Shown: positions 34,195-45,916 of the stretch, one piece after another
Layout: the number at the start of each line of letters is the position of its first letter
How positions within the stretch are numbered: position 1 is the first letter of the stretch
From: an uncultured Chloroflexia bacterium
GTDB lineage: Bacteria > Chloroflexota > Limnocylindria > Limnocylindrales > CSP1-4
DNA length: 64,000 nucleotides
Direction of reading: 5' to 3'
NCBI GenBank assembly: GCA_963759495.1
Contig: CAVWZL010000016.1
Span: 66,065-130,064 of the forward strand
Notes under the pieces: model-generated
Told to the model about the DNA's origin: nothing
The model's input: the letters and a program-made list of their open reading frames with translations, nothing else
Databases searched by the model: none
Position numbers and translations under genes: made by a program

Positions 34195-35918
34195 CTAGCG
34201 GTCCCGGCGTACCGGCACGTTCCTGCCGCGGACCGATCCGCGCGCGAGTGCCCGGAGGATCGTATCGGCATCCGACGCGGGTACGTCAACCAACGTGTAG
34301 TCGTCGGCGATCTGGATTGCACCGACGCTCCGGCCCGATACCTGGGCTTCGTTCGCGATCGCTCCGACCACGTCGGCCGGGCGCATGCCGGCACGACGGC
34401 CGGCGCCGATGAAGAGGCGAGCCCACTGCCCGTCGCCCGGCGGTGGACGATCGTCTCGACGGCTGCGAGGTGGTGTGGCGACCGGCCCTCCCCGACCTCG
34501 CGGCTGCGGACCGGATCGAGCGCCCGGTCGACGCTCGTCCTCGAAGAACCGCGCGGGCGCGAGGTCCTGTTCGGCGGCCCCATCGCGAGCCGTGGCCTGG
34601 TCGGCGAGGCTCAGGGCCGCGAGCGCCACGTCCACGACGTCGAACTCCTGCGCAAGCGGCTCGACGACCGCGCGGAACCGATCCAGCCCGTCCTCGAGCA
34701 GTGCCTCACGGAGCGACGCCCGGAGCACCTCGAGCCGCCGTTCGCGCAGGTCGGCGACGGTCGGGATCTGGGCCAGCTCGAGCTGCGTCCGCGTCCCGCG
34801 TTCGATGTTGCGCAGGAGCCGCTGCTCGCGCGGCTCGACGAGCGTGATCGCCACGCCCTCGCGGCCAGCGCGACCCGTTCGCCCGATCCGATGGACGTAC
34901 GCCTCGGGGTTCGAGGGGATGTCGTAGTTGACGACGTGCGAGACATGCTCGATGTCGAGGCCGCGGGCGGCCACGTCGGTGGCCACGAGCACGTCGAGCG
35001 CCCCTTCCCGGAACCGGCCGAGGACCCGATCGCGCTGCTCCTGCGCCATCCCACCATGCAGTGCTGCCGCGTCGTGGCCGTGCCCGGACAGCTGCTGCGC
35101 CAGATCGTCGACCTCGCCACGGGTACGCGCGAACACGAGGGCCGACGTCGGGTCCTCGAGGTCGAGGATCCGCCCGAGCGCGGCCGGCTTGTCGGCGCGT
35201 CGGACCACGTAGGCGACCTGCCGGACCCGGCTCCCCTTCTCGCGCTCTCGGCGTTCCGACTTGACCGTCACGCGCACGGGCTCGCGGAGGTGGCGCTTGG
35301 CGATCCGGGCGATCTGCGCGGAGATCGTGGCCGAGAAGAGCGCCGTCTGACGCGTTTCCGGCACCGACCCGAGCACCGATTCGAGGTCTTCGGCAAAGCC
35401 CATGTCGAGCATCTCGTCGGCTTCGTCGAGGACCACCACTTCAACGGCGTCCAGGTTGAGGCTCCCGCGGCTCAGGTGATCGACGGCGCGTCCCGGCGTG
35501 GCCACGACCACATCGACGCCCCGGCGCAGGCTGCGCAGCTGCTGTCCGATCGCCTGGCCGCCGTACACGGGCAGGACGCGCGTGCCGAGCGAGCGACCGT
35601 AGCGGTGGATGGCCTCCGCGACCTGCATTGCCAGCTCTCGCGTCGGCACGAGAACGAGTGCGCGGGCCCGACCGGCACCGCCATCGCCACCGAGCCGCTC
35701 GAGGAGGGGCAGGGCGAACGCGGCGGTCTTGCCGGTCCCCGTCGGCGCCTCGGCGAGGATGTCGCGGCCCGCCATGAGCGGCGGAATGGCCTCGCGCTGG
35801 ATCGGCGTGGGCTCCTCGTACCCGAGCTCGGCCAGCGTGGTGACGAGGCCATCGGTCAGGCCGAGCGAGGCGAACGTGGGCTCAATGCGATCGCCGGCCG
35901 GCGCGCGCGCTGCTTGGG
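34195..35918 (-). CDS. DEAD-box ATP-dependent RNA helicase with a DbpA-type C-terminal RNA-binding domain
   Basis: FASLGLTDGLVTTLAELGYEEPTPIQREAIP (Q motif), AEAPTGTGKTAAF, VLDEADEMLDMGF, SAT, ARGLDIEHVSHVVNYD, HRIGRTGRAGR. The C-terminus is ARLFIGAGRRAGMRPADVVGAI...IADDYTLVDVP. Intact from ATG 35916-35918. Confidence 0.9.
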
Positions 35919-35975
35919 TGTCGGTCATGCGCTCATCCTGCGGCATCCACCGTTGCACGCATATGCGGCCTGCGG

Positions 35976-36569
35976 TCAGGCGAGGCGCATCCCCATCAGG
36001 ACACCCGTCTCGGCACGGTCCAGCTCCTCGAACCCAAGGTGGCGGTAGAAGCCGATCGCGTTTGAATTGTCCATGGCGACATCGAGGTGGACGCCGGCAG
36101 ATCCACGAGAACGCAGCTGCTCGAGAAGTCCCTCGATCAGGGTGCGACCGAACCCGAGGCCCTGCGCGCGTGGCACCAGGTCGATGTGCAGATGCGACGG
36201 ATACGCCGCCACGATGCCGTCCGGGGCGCGAGGTGGCGCATGAATCGCGCGGATGGCGTCCGCATCGGGCGACGAGTCGTCCCTCAGCGGGTACTGCGCG
36301 CGCAGGGCCGGCCACCAGCTCGAGTCCGTCCACGCCTCGAAGGCGAGAGTATCGGCGGCGGCGAGGAGGTAGCCCGCGACCCCATCCCGGTCGGTCACGA
36401 CTGTCGCGAGGTCCTCCTGCCCAACCAGGTATGGCCCGACGTAGACGTGCCCGAGCAGGTCGGGATTGCGGTACAGCGCCGTGGCGTCCCGCCCGGAGTC
36501 GCCCGTCTGCAGGCAGACCCGGTAGATGCCCGGTAGGTCGTGGATGGTAGCGGGACGGATGTGGAGCAT
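35976..36569 (-). CDS. GNAT family N-acetyltransferase
   Basis: Intact 197-aa ORF: MLHIRPATIHDLPGIYRVCLQTG...HLHIDLVPRAQGLGFGRTLIEGLLEQLRSRGSAGVHLDVAMDNSNAIGFYRHLGFEE. Confidence 0.75.
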   Translation of the reverse strand: MLHIRPATIHDLPGIYRVCLQTGDSGRDATALYRNPDLLGHVYVGPYLVGQEDLATVVTDRDGVAGYLLAAADTLAFEAWTDSSWWPALRAQYPLRDDSSPDADAIRAIHAPPRAPDGIVAAYPSHLHIDLVPRAQGLGFGRTLIEGLLEQLRSRGSAGVHLDVAMDNSNAIGFYRHLGFEELDRAETGVLMGMRLA

Positions 36570-36593
36570 CCCGTCAGGCTAGCCGGTCCACCA

Positions 36594-36674
36594 ACTGGTC
36601 TACGCGAACGCCCACGTCTCGACCCGGCCTCGCTGCGAGTCACGATCGAACGCATGGAAGTGGTCTAGTCGCGC
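36594..36674. promoter_or_regulatory. Two TGGTCTA-containing half-matches to the DasR/NagR-type (dre) operator in the GNAT/gntR divergent promoter region
   Basis: ACTGGTCTACGCGAAC (36594-36609) and AGTGGTCTAGTCGCGC (36659-36674). The Streptomyces dre consensus is A(G/C)TGGTCTAGACCA(C/G)T. Only the left half-site is conserved in each. Confidence 0.35.
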
Positions 36675-36710
36675 ATTGTCACCGTGACGGGACGCTCGTA
36701 GACTCCCCGG

Positions 36711-37454
36711 GTGCTGACCCCGGAGGCGCCGACGAGCCTGGCCCTGCGCGCCCGACTCCGCGAGCTCGTCTCGACGGCTCGCGTGGGCGATCGCCTCCCG
36801 AGCGAACGCCAGCTGAGCGCGCGTTGTGGCGCGGCGCGAATGACCGTCCGGCGTGCCATGGATGGGCTGATCGCCGAGGGACTGGTCGAGCGACGGCACG
36901 GCTCCGGAACGTACGTGGTGCCCCAGCCCTTCGTGCGGCTGCTCGGACTGACGTCCTTCACCCAGGACATGCGGGAGCGCGGGATGACCGCGGGCAGCCG
37001 CGTGCTCGCCTTCGACGCCGGACCCGCTGACGGAAACCTCGCCGGCCGGCTCCGCGTGCCCGTCGGTGCCAGCGTGGTCCGCTTCACCCGACTCCGTCTC
37101 GCAGATGACGAGCCCATGGCCGTCGAGACGGTCTGGATCCCCGCGGCCCTCGTCCCGGGCCTGAGCGCCGCGGATCTCGGAGGTTCCCTGTACGAGCTCC
37201 TTGCGAGCCGGTACCGGGTCCTGACCGGCTCCGCAAGCGTGGCGATCGAGCCGGTGCTCGCGGACGAGGGTAGCCGCGACGTGCTCGGGATTGCACCCGA
37301 CCAGCCCTGCCTGCGGGTGCGCATGGTCGACGCCGATCCCCGCGGCCGGGTGATCATGGTGGCCGACTGCGTGTACCGGGGTGATCGATACCAGCTGCAC
37401 GCTGCCGTCTCGGGCGCGGCTTTCGCGGCGGCCCAGGAACGGCGGGCCGGATGA
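36711..37454 (+). CDS. GntR family (HutC/DasR/NagR subfamily, UTRA domain) transcriptional regulator
   Basis: Intact 247-aa ORF. The wHTH is LPSERQLSARCGAARMTVRRAMDGLIAEGLVERRHGSGTYV, followed by a UTRA-like C-terminal domain. Confidence 0.85.
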   Translation: MLTPEAPTSLALRARLRELVSTARVGDRLPSERQLSARCGAARMTVRRAMDGLIAEGLVERRHGSGTYVVPQPFVRLLGLTSFTQDMRERGMTAGSRVLAFDAGPADGNLAGRLRVPVGASVVRFTRLRLADDEPMAVETVWIPAALVPGLSAADLGGSLYELLASRYRVLTGSASVAIEPVLADEGSRDVLGIAPDQPCLRVRMVDADPRGRVIMVADCVYRGDRYQLHAAVSGAAFAAAQERRAG

Positions 37455-38381
37455 ACGCGGTGCTCGCCGTCGACGGGGGCCAGTCCGGGATCCGGGTGCG
37501 CCATTCTGCCGGGGGCCGGACGGTCGAGGTCCCGGGCGTCAGCCGCCAGGAGGGCGACACCGTCGGAGCTGTGGCCGCGTCCGTCGCCGAGGCGTGGAGG
37601 ACGGGGGGCTTTCCGCCGGTGGACCTCGCCGTCCTCGGCCTCACCACGGCCCCCGGCAGCGACCGGGACGCCGACCGGCTCGCGGCACTCGTTTCGCAGT
37701 CGACCGGAGCCGGTGCGGTTCTGGTCACCGACGACGCCATCACCGGGCATGCCGGTGCGCTGTCAGGCTGCCCGGGCGTCAGCGTCATCGCGGGCACCGG
37801 CGTCGCCTCGCTTGCGATGCCCGAGCGGGGCCAGGCCCGCATCATCGGCGGTCACGGCTTCCTCCTCGGCGACGAGGGAGGCGCGTTCTGGATCGGCCGA
37901 GCGGGGCTGCGCGCCGTGCTTCGCGCCCAGGACGGACGTGGGCCGGCCACATCCCTCGGACGACGTGCCGGGGAACGCTTTGGCGAGCTGGGCGGACTCC
38001 ACGTCCGGCTGCACGACGACGATCGGCCCGTGCACGCCATTGCCCAGTTCGCCCCCGAGGTGCTCGCGGCTGCCGATGCCGGCGATCCCGTCGCCATCGA
38101 GCATCCTCGAGGATGCCGCCGCGGAGCTGTTGGCACTCATCCGCGTCGGGGCCGAGTGGGTCGGCGGACCGTCGGTCGCGGTCGCGCTCGGCGGCCGGGT
38201 GCTCGCCGAGGACAGCAGCCTCCGACACCGTCTCGACCGGGTCATCCGGGACGCCGAGCTTCCTCTCGTCCCACGCACTGCCGACGGATCACCGCTGGAC
38301 GGGGCAATGCTCCTTGGTTCCACGGACGCGGCGGAACGCTACGAGCCCCTCGTCCACCGCTGGCAGGCGGCAGCCGGGTGA
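37451..38381 (+). CDS. BadF/BadG/BcrA/BcrD-type ATPase (N-acetylglucosamine kinase-like), one frameshift near 38.1 kb
   Basis: MNAVLAVDGGQSGIRVR..., VTDDAITGHAGAL...VSVIAGTGVASLAM...GGHGFLLGDEGGAFWIGRAGLRAVL. The C-terminus lies in the frame of ORF 37713-38381 (...AVALGGRVLAEDSSLRHRL...). Confidence 0.7.
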
Positions 38382-39118
38382 GCGAGCCACGCCTCAGCCC
38401 GGGCCGGGAATACCTGGCAGTTGTGCACCGACTCATCGAGCGCCTCGGTGACGAAGGGTGGCCCTCCATCGACCGCGCGGCCGAGCTTCTTGCAGACGCG
38501 ATCGCCAGGGGTGGAACCGTCCACGCGTTTGGCACCGGACATTCGCACATGCTCGCGGAGGAGCTGTTCTACCGCGCGGGGGGCCTCGTGCGGGTCAGCC
38601 CGATCCTGTTCGACGGGCTGATGCTGCACGCCAGCGCGCCGTTGAGCACGTGGCTCGAGCGGGTCCCGGACATCGCGGATGCGCTCCTGCTCGATCATCC
38701 GATGGCGGAGGGAGACGTCCTGATCGTCGCGTCGAACTCCGGGAGCAACGCCGTGTCGTCACGGCTCGTCCAGCTTGCCCAGCGTCTCGGCGTCCGGGTG
38801 ATCGCGGTCACGAGCATCGAGCACGCGACATCCCCGGCCGCACGCGCGAACCCATTGCCGCGCCTCCATGAGCTCGCCGATGTCGTGCTCGACAACGGCG
38901 GTGTGATGGGCGATGCCGCCGTGGACGTCCGCGGGCTGGGCCAGAAGGTCGGCCCAACCTCGACCGTGCTCGGCGCGGCAATCCTCAACGCCGTTGTCGT
39001 GGAGGCCGTGCAGCGCCTCGTCGACCGCGGCATCGTTCCGGACGTGTACACGAGCGCCAATACCGAGGGTGGCGACGAGGCCAATCGCGCCTTCGCCCGC
39101 CCGGCGGCGGCCCGATGA
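38378..39118 (+). CDS. SIS (sugar isomerase) domain protein, UPF0309-like
   Basis: VSEPRLSPGREYLAVVHRLIERLGDEG...GGTVHAFGTGHSHMLAEELFYRAGGL...DVLIVASNSGSNAVSSRLVQLAQRLGVRVIAVTS. GTGA overlap with the upstream gene. Confidence 0.75.
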   Translation: MSEPRLSPGREYLAVVHRLIERLGDEGWPSIDRAAELLADAIARGGTVHAFGTGHSHMLAEELFYRAGGLVRVSPILFDGLMLHASAPLSTWLERVPDIADALLLDHPMAEGDVLIVASNSGSNAVSSRLVQLAQRLGVRVIAVTSIEHATSPAARANPLPRLHELADVVLDNGGVMGDAAVDVRGLGQKVGPTSTVLGAAILNAVVVEAVQRLVDRGIVPDVYTSANTEGGDEANRAFARPAAAR

Positions 39119-40479
39119 CGCAACGGGATCGATCACCGTTTGCGATCCGTGGGGTCGTCGAAGGGTTCTACGGCCGGCCGTGGACTCAAACCCAGCGGCT
39201 GGACCTGATCGAGTTCATCGCCGCGCGTGGCATGAACACGTTCGTGTATGCGCCAAAGGACGACCCGCTCGTCCGTCGGGCGTGGCGGACGCAGTACAGC
39301 GGAACCGAGCTGGAGCGGCTCGCGGAGCTGGGCCAGGCCTGCCGCGCCAACGACATCGAGCTCGTCTACTGCCTCTCCCCGGGCCTCTCGATCCGATATT
39401 CAGGACATGACGACCTCGAGGCGCTCGTCGCGAAGCTCGAATCGGTCGCCGCGCTCGGCGTCCGGCGGTTCGGTCTGCTGCTCGATGACATCCCGCTCGT
39501 GCTCCAGCACGCCCAGGATCGCGACGCGTTCGCGGACCTCGTCGAAGCCCACGCGACGCTCGTCAGCGCGGTCTTCGATCGCCTCGGGGCCCAGCGCTCG
39601 CTCATGGTGTGCCCGACCGTGTACCGCGGGTACGGCGACGAGGACTACGTCACCCGACTCGGCCGCGCGATCGATCCTCAAATCGACCTGTTCTGGACCG
39701 GCCGGGCCATCTGCTCCCCGACCCTCGACCTGCTCGACGCGGCGACCTTCGCCCGGGCAACGGGCCGGCCGCCGACCTACTGGGACAACTATCCGGTCAA
39801 CGACGTCGCGATGAAGCACGAGCTGCACGTGGGCCCCTATCGCGGTCGCGACCGGCATCTCTGGCGGTTCTCGAACGGCGTCATCGCCAACGGGATGGAT
39901 CGCTACGAGTCGTCGAAGATCGCCTTTGCCACGATCGCCGACTACCTCCGGGCGCCCGACGAATACGAGCCGGAGACGAGCTGGCGACGGGCGATCCGCG
40001 ATGTCGCCGGGGACGCCGACCAGGCGGCGTATGCGACCTTTGCCGACAACGTCCGCTCGTCGTGTCTCTCGGATGAGGACGCCCTTGTTGTCGGGCCTGC
40101 GCTCGAGCAGTTCACCTTCCGCCTCGAGCATGGAGATGCGTCCGGGGCAGCCCGGGACCTCGATGCCCTCGCGGACGCGCTCCTGGCCGCCGCCGATCAC
40201 CTGCTCCGAGGCCCGGTCAGCAACCGGCAGCTCATCGACGAGGCGCGCCCCTGGATCGAAGCCTTCGAGCTCGGCGCGCAGGCGATGAAACGCATGGCGG
40301 CACTCGCGGCGAGCGATCGGCTTGGGACCGATGGGCCCGCCGTCCTGCAGCCGTACCTCGAGCAACTCCGCGACGCGCGCGTACGGGTCTACGGAGACGC
40401 GCTCGACATGGCCCTTGGCGACATCACCGACCAGTTCACCACCGTCCAGACAGCCGTCACAGGAGGAGGCCGCACATGA
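39115..40479 (+). CDS. Glycoside hydrolase family 84-type beta-N-acetylglucosaminidase (O-GlcNAcase-like), with no signal peptide
   Basis: Intact 454-aa ORF: IRGVVEGFYGRPWTQTQRLDLIEFIAARGMNTFVYAPKDDPLVRRAWRTQY...FGLLLDDIP (Asp-Asp pair)...YWDNYPVND. Confidence 0.8.
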   Translation: MTQRDRSPFAIRGVVEGFYGRPWTQTQRLDLIEFIAARGMNTFVYAPKDDPLVRRAWRTQYSGTELERLAELGQACRANDIELVYCLSPGLSIRYSGHDDLEALVAKLESVAALGVRRFGLLLDDIPLVLQHAQDRDAFADLVEAHATLVSAVFDRLGAQRSLMVCPTVYRGYGDEDYVTRLGRAIDPQIDLFWTGRAICSPTLDLLDAATFARATGRPPTYWDNYPVNDVAMKHELHVGPYRGRDRHLWRFSNGVIANGMDRYESSKIAFATIADYLRAPDEYEPETSWRRAIRDVAGDADQAAYATFADNVRSSCLSDEDALVVGPALEQFTFRLEHGDASGAARDLDALADALLAAADHLLRGPVSNRQLIDEARPWIEAFELGAQAMKRMAALAASDRLGTDGPAVLQPYLEQLRDARVRVYGDALDMALGDITDQFTTVQTAVTGGGRT

Positions 40480-41738
40480 ACCCGTCTCGGAAGGCACTTG
40501 CACTGGCCCTCGGGGCCGCACTCGCGGTGGGGGCGTGCTCCACCGGCACGCCCGCCGCACAGGACAACACGCTGCGCATCGCCATGGGCTCGCCGGGCGA
40601 GGCGCAGATCCGGGTGTGGGACGACGTCGCCGCGCAGTTCGAGGCGTCGCATCCCGGCACGCAGGTCGAGATGAACTACCAGGACGACGACCTGTACCAG
40701 ACCATCGGCCTGCCGAATCTGCTCAGCGGTCGGAATGCCCCGGACATCTACTTCGAGTGGACCGGCAGCAGGCTCGAGCAGCGCGTCAAGGACGGCTTCG
40801 CCGCCGACATCACGGAGGCCACGAAGTCCGGTCCGCTGGCGGGCCTGTTCGAGGACTCGACCTACTCGCCGATGACCATCGACGGCAAGATCGTCATGGT
40901 CCCCTACTCGGCCGACGTCACCAATGTCATCTGGTACAACAAGGCCATCCTGAGCGAGGCCGGCGTCGAACCGCCGACCACCTGGGAGGCGCTGCTCGCC
41001 GCGTGCGATGCGCTCAACGCCGCAGGCATCACGCCGATCGCGTCGGGCAACAAGGACGTATGGCCCGCGGGCAACTGGCTGGCGCACATGGCGTCTCGCG
41101 TCGTTGGCGAGGACGTCTATGCCAGCACGCTCGGCGGGACCGGCAAGTTCAACACGCCCGAGTGGGAGAAGGCGTTCGGCTACATCGCCGAGCTGGGCGA
41201 GCACGACTGCGTCAACGAGAGCGCCAACGCCATCGACGACAACGAGGGCGCGCAGCTCTTCTTCCGCGGCGAGGCAGCCATGCATCCGATCGGCTCCTGG
41301 CTCGTGAGCTGGGCAATCGACGAGGCGCCGGACCTTGACTTCGACTACGTCAACCTGCCCGCGATGCCGGACGGTGCCGGTGACCAGAACAGCGCGATCG
41401 GGGTCGCCACCGGCTACGTGGTCAACGCCAAGAGCACGAAGACGGCGCAGGCACTCGAGTTCCTCGCGCTGCTCAACAGCGATGCGAACGTCGAGAAGCT
41501 GATCGCGGCCGAGGTCACGCCGCTCACCAAGTCGGCTTCGGCCGGCGCGGAGGTGGACACACGGTCGGCGAACCTCAGCGCGATGCTCGAGAGCGCGCCG
41601 GCCATCGTGCTGCCACCCGACACCGGCTACGACCTGAAGATGGCCGACGCGCTGTACAAGGCGATCGCCGCCGTCCTCGGCGGGCAGAGCACGCCTTCCG
41701 AGGCCCTTGCCGGCATCGACACGGCGCTCGGCCGCTGA
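40476..41738 (+). CDS. Carbohydrate ABC transporter substrate-binding lipoprotein
   Basis: Intact 420-aa ORF with lipobox LALGAALAVGAC and a family-1 solute-binding pattern. Confidence 0.85.
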   Translation: MNPSRKALALALGAALAVGACSTGTPAAQDNTLRIAMGSPGEAQIRVWDDVAAQFEASHPGTQVEMNYQDDDLYQTIGLPNLLSGRNAPDIYFEWTGSRLEQRVKDGFAADITEATKSGPLAGLFEDSTYSPMTIDGKIVMVPYSADVTNVIWYNKAILSEAGVEPPTTWEALLAACDALNAAGITPIASGNKDVWPAGNWLAHMASRVVGEDVYASTLGGTGKFNTPEWEKAFGYIAELGEHDCVNESANAIDDNEGAQLFFRGEAAMHPIGSWLVSWAIDEAPDLDFDYVNLPAMPDGAGDQNSAIGVATGYVVNAKSTKTAQALEFLALLNSDANVEKLIAAEVTPLTKSASAGAEVDTRSANLSAMLESAPAIVLPPDTGYDLKMADALYKAIAAVLGGQSTPSEALAGIDTALGR

Positions 41739-41795
41739 TCCCGGGCCGGCCGTCGCCGTGATGGCGCCGGCCGGCCACAGCACCCCCTGACTCGC

Positions 41796-42675
41796 ATGAA
41801 GCCGAACCGCGCCGTCAGCCCGTACCTCTTCGTGGCGCCCGCCCTCGTCGTGTTCGGCTTCGCGGTGCTCCTGCCGATGCTTGTCACGGCGGGCTACAGC
41901 CTGACCGAATGGGACGGGCTGGGGCCGATGCGGTTCGTCGGCCTCGACAACTACGTTGCGGCGGCCGGCGATGCGATCCTGCGCGACTCCTTCGTCCATG
42001 TCGTCGCATACATCGCCGCGACCCTGGTGCTCGAGGTCGCCGTCGGGCTCGCGCTGGCGGGCCTCATCAGCTCGCGGACGCGCGGTTCGCTCTGGTTCCG
42101 GGTCGCGATCTTCGCCCCGGTCATGCTCCCGATCGTCGTCGTGGCCATCCTCTGGAAGTTCGTCTACAACCCCGATTTCGGGCTCGTCAACGCCGGCCTC
42201 GCGGGCGCGGGCCTCGAGAGCCTGCAGCGGATCTGGCTCGGCGACACGTCGACGGCCCTGCTCGCGGTCAGCGTGGTGTCGGGCTGGGTCTTCGCGGGCT
42301 TCTACATGACGATCTTCTTCGCGGCGTTCCGCCAGATCCCGCCGAGGTCGTCGAGGCTGCCCGGCTCGATGGCGCCGGTGAGTGGGCGATCTTCCGTCGG
42401 GTAAAGGTGCCGATGATCGGCAATGCGATCGCCGTGGCCGTCCTGCTGTGCGTCACCGGCGGATTCCAGGGGTTCGACCTGTTCTTCGTCATGACCAACG
42501 GCGGGCCGTACGGGGCGACCGAGATCCCGACGACGTACCTCGTCGGACGGTGTTCCGGAACGGCGAGATCGGCTACGGGTCGGCGATGGCCGTCGTGCTG
42601 ACCGCGATCGTGGTGCTCATCGGACTGCTCTTCGTCCGCCTCCAGCGACGGACGCCGGCAGGGCGGGCGACGTGA
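41796..42675 (+). CDS. Carbohydrate ABC transporter permease, two frameshifts as assembled
   Basis: ORF 41796-42404 (SPYLFVAPALVVFGFAVLLPML...) is followed by the EAA loop EVVEAARLDGAGEWAIFRRVKVPM in ORF 41909-42601. The tail GYGSAMAVVLTAIVVLIGLLFVRLQRR is in ORF 42382-42675. Confidence 0.8.
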
Positions 42676-43526
42676 CGGCACCGGCAGCCCGCGCCGCGCG
42701 GCCGACCGGGCAGAGCCTGCCCGGGATCCTCGTGACCGTTGGACTCGTCGTGATCGCCGCGGTCTTCTTCTTCCCGATGATCTGGATGGTCCTGTCGAGC
42801 TTCAAGACCAACGCGGAGATCTTCTCCTCGCCGTTTGCCCTGCCGCAGACGATCGACCTGTCGACGTGGGCTCGAGCGTGGGATGTCGGGCACGTCGGGC
42901 AGTACGCGCTGAACAGCGCGATCGTCACCGGAACCGCCGTCGTGGCGATCCTCCTGTTCGGCTCCGCGGCGGCCTTCGCATTCAGTCGCTACCGGTTCCG
43001 GGGCCGCTCCGCCCTGATGGGGCTGCTCGCGCTTGGCCTGCTCCTGCCGCTGCAGTCGTACTTCATCGCGCAGTCGACCATCTTCACGCGGCTCGAGATC
43101 ACCGACACCAGGCTCGCGCTGATCATCCCGTACACCGCGATGGGTCTGCCGCTGGCGGTCTACCTGCTCAAGGTGTATCTCGACGCCCTGCCGGACGAGC
43201 TGTTCGATGCCGCGCGCATCGACGGGGCCGGCGACGCTCGTGTGTTCTGGCTGCTTGCGATGCCGCTGCTGCGGCCGGGCCTCGCCACCGTCGCGATCTT
43301 CTCGGCACTCGCCTCGTGGAACGAGTTTCTGCTGGCGCTCCTGTACATCCAGGACGACGCGCTCAAGACGATCCCGACGGGCCTGCTGGCATTCTCGAGC
43401 CGCTATGTGACCGACTACAGCCTGCTGTTCTCGGCGCTGTCGATCATCACCCTGCCGATGGTCGTGATCTACGTCGTGTTCAACCGCCAGATCGTCGAAG
43501 GGATTACGGCGGGCAGCCTCAAGTAG
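42672..43526 (+). CDS. Carbohydrate ABC transporter permease
   Basis: Intact 284-aa ORF with EAA loop ELFDAARIDGAGDARVFWLLAMPLLRPG. Confidence 0.85.
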   Translation: MTAPAARAARPTGQSLPGILVTVGLVVIAAVFFFPMIWMVLSSFKTNAEIFSSPFALPQTIDLSTWARAWDVGHVGQYALNSAIVTGTAVVAILLFGSAAAFAFSRYRFRGRSALMGLLALGLLLPLQSYFIAQSTIFTRLEITDTRLALIIPYTAMGLPLAVYLLKVYLDALPDELFDAARIDGAGDARVFWLLAMPLLRPGLATVAIFSALASWNEFLLALLYIQDDALKTIPTGLLAFSSRYVTDYSLLFSALSIITLPMVVIYVVFNRQIVEGITAGSLK

Positions 43527-43542
43527 CGGCGGCGTCTCCGGA

Positions 43543-45223
<1,681 letters not shown>

Positions 45224-45276
45224 GATCGAAGCCTAGCGACAACGGCGGTTTCGTATGCTGCGCCCGAGGAGGCGTC

Positions 45277-45860
45277 ATGCGAGAGGACGAGACGCGAACC
45301 GACGCGGCGATGCTCGAGGGTCAAGCGATCCGCCTGCGACAGGTCCGCGAGCGCGACCTGGACGCGGCTGTACGACGCGCACATCGCGATCGAGCCCGCG
45401 GGCAGCTACTTCCCGCTCGGCGTCATGTCCGAGTCGGCGTTTCGCAGCGAGTTTGCGGAGAACGGCTTCTGGCAGAAGACCGAGGGGATGCTGGTCCTGA
45501 TCGTCACCGGCGACGGCGAGATTGCGGGCCACATCGAGTTCTTCCGGCCGGTGTCGTACTGGGACGCCTTCGAGCTCTCGCTACCAGCTCTACGACGACC
45601 GCCACGCCGGTCAGGGTTACGTGACCGAGGCCGTGCAGATGCTCGTCGACTATCTCTTCGCGAACAAGAAGGAGCACCGCATCCACCTCGTGATCGTCCC
45701 CGAGAACGCGGCCTCGCGGCGGATCGCGGAGAAGTGCGGCTTCACGCTGGAAGGCACGGTCCGCGGCGCGTTCTTCAACGACGGCCGAAACCAGGACGTC
45801 CTGCTCTATCGCTGCTGCGGACGACCCGCGGCCTTGGCGACCGTCAGCGGCATCCAGTGA
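45277..45860 (+). CDS. GNAT family (RimJ/RimL-like) N-acetyltransferase, frameshifted as assembled
   Basis: Pieces in three frames: MREDETRTDAAMLEGQAIRLRQVRERDLD, LYDAHIAIEPAGSYFPLGVMSESAFRSEFAENGFWQKTEGMLVLIVTGDGEIAGHIEFF, and YQLYDDRHAGQGYVTEAVQMLVDYLFANKKEHRIHLVIVPENAASRRIAEKCGFTLEGTVRGAFFNDGRNQDVLLY. Confidence 0.7.
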
Positions 45861-45916
45861 TCCCGGGGTGACCGCTTCCTGATCGGTCGCCAGCATTCGA
45901 GGCGGAGGATCAGCCG

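Noticed and set aside
37451-39118. The 555-aa ORF as a single kinase-SIS fusion protein
   Set aside because: The middle section (about 38100-38380) in that frame is Arg/Pro/Gly junk. The kinase homology continues in the frame of ORF 37713-38381 to a stop at 38381. The SIS protein has its own GTG start at 38378 (GTGA overlap). These are two genes plus one indel.
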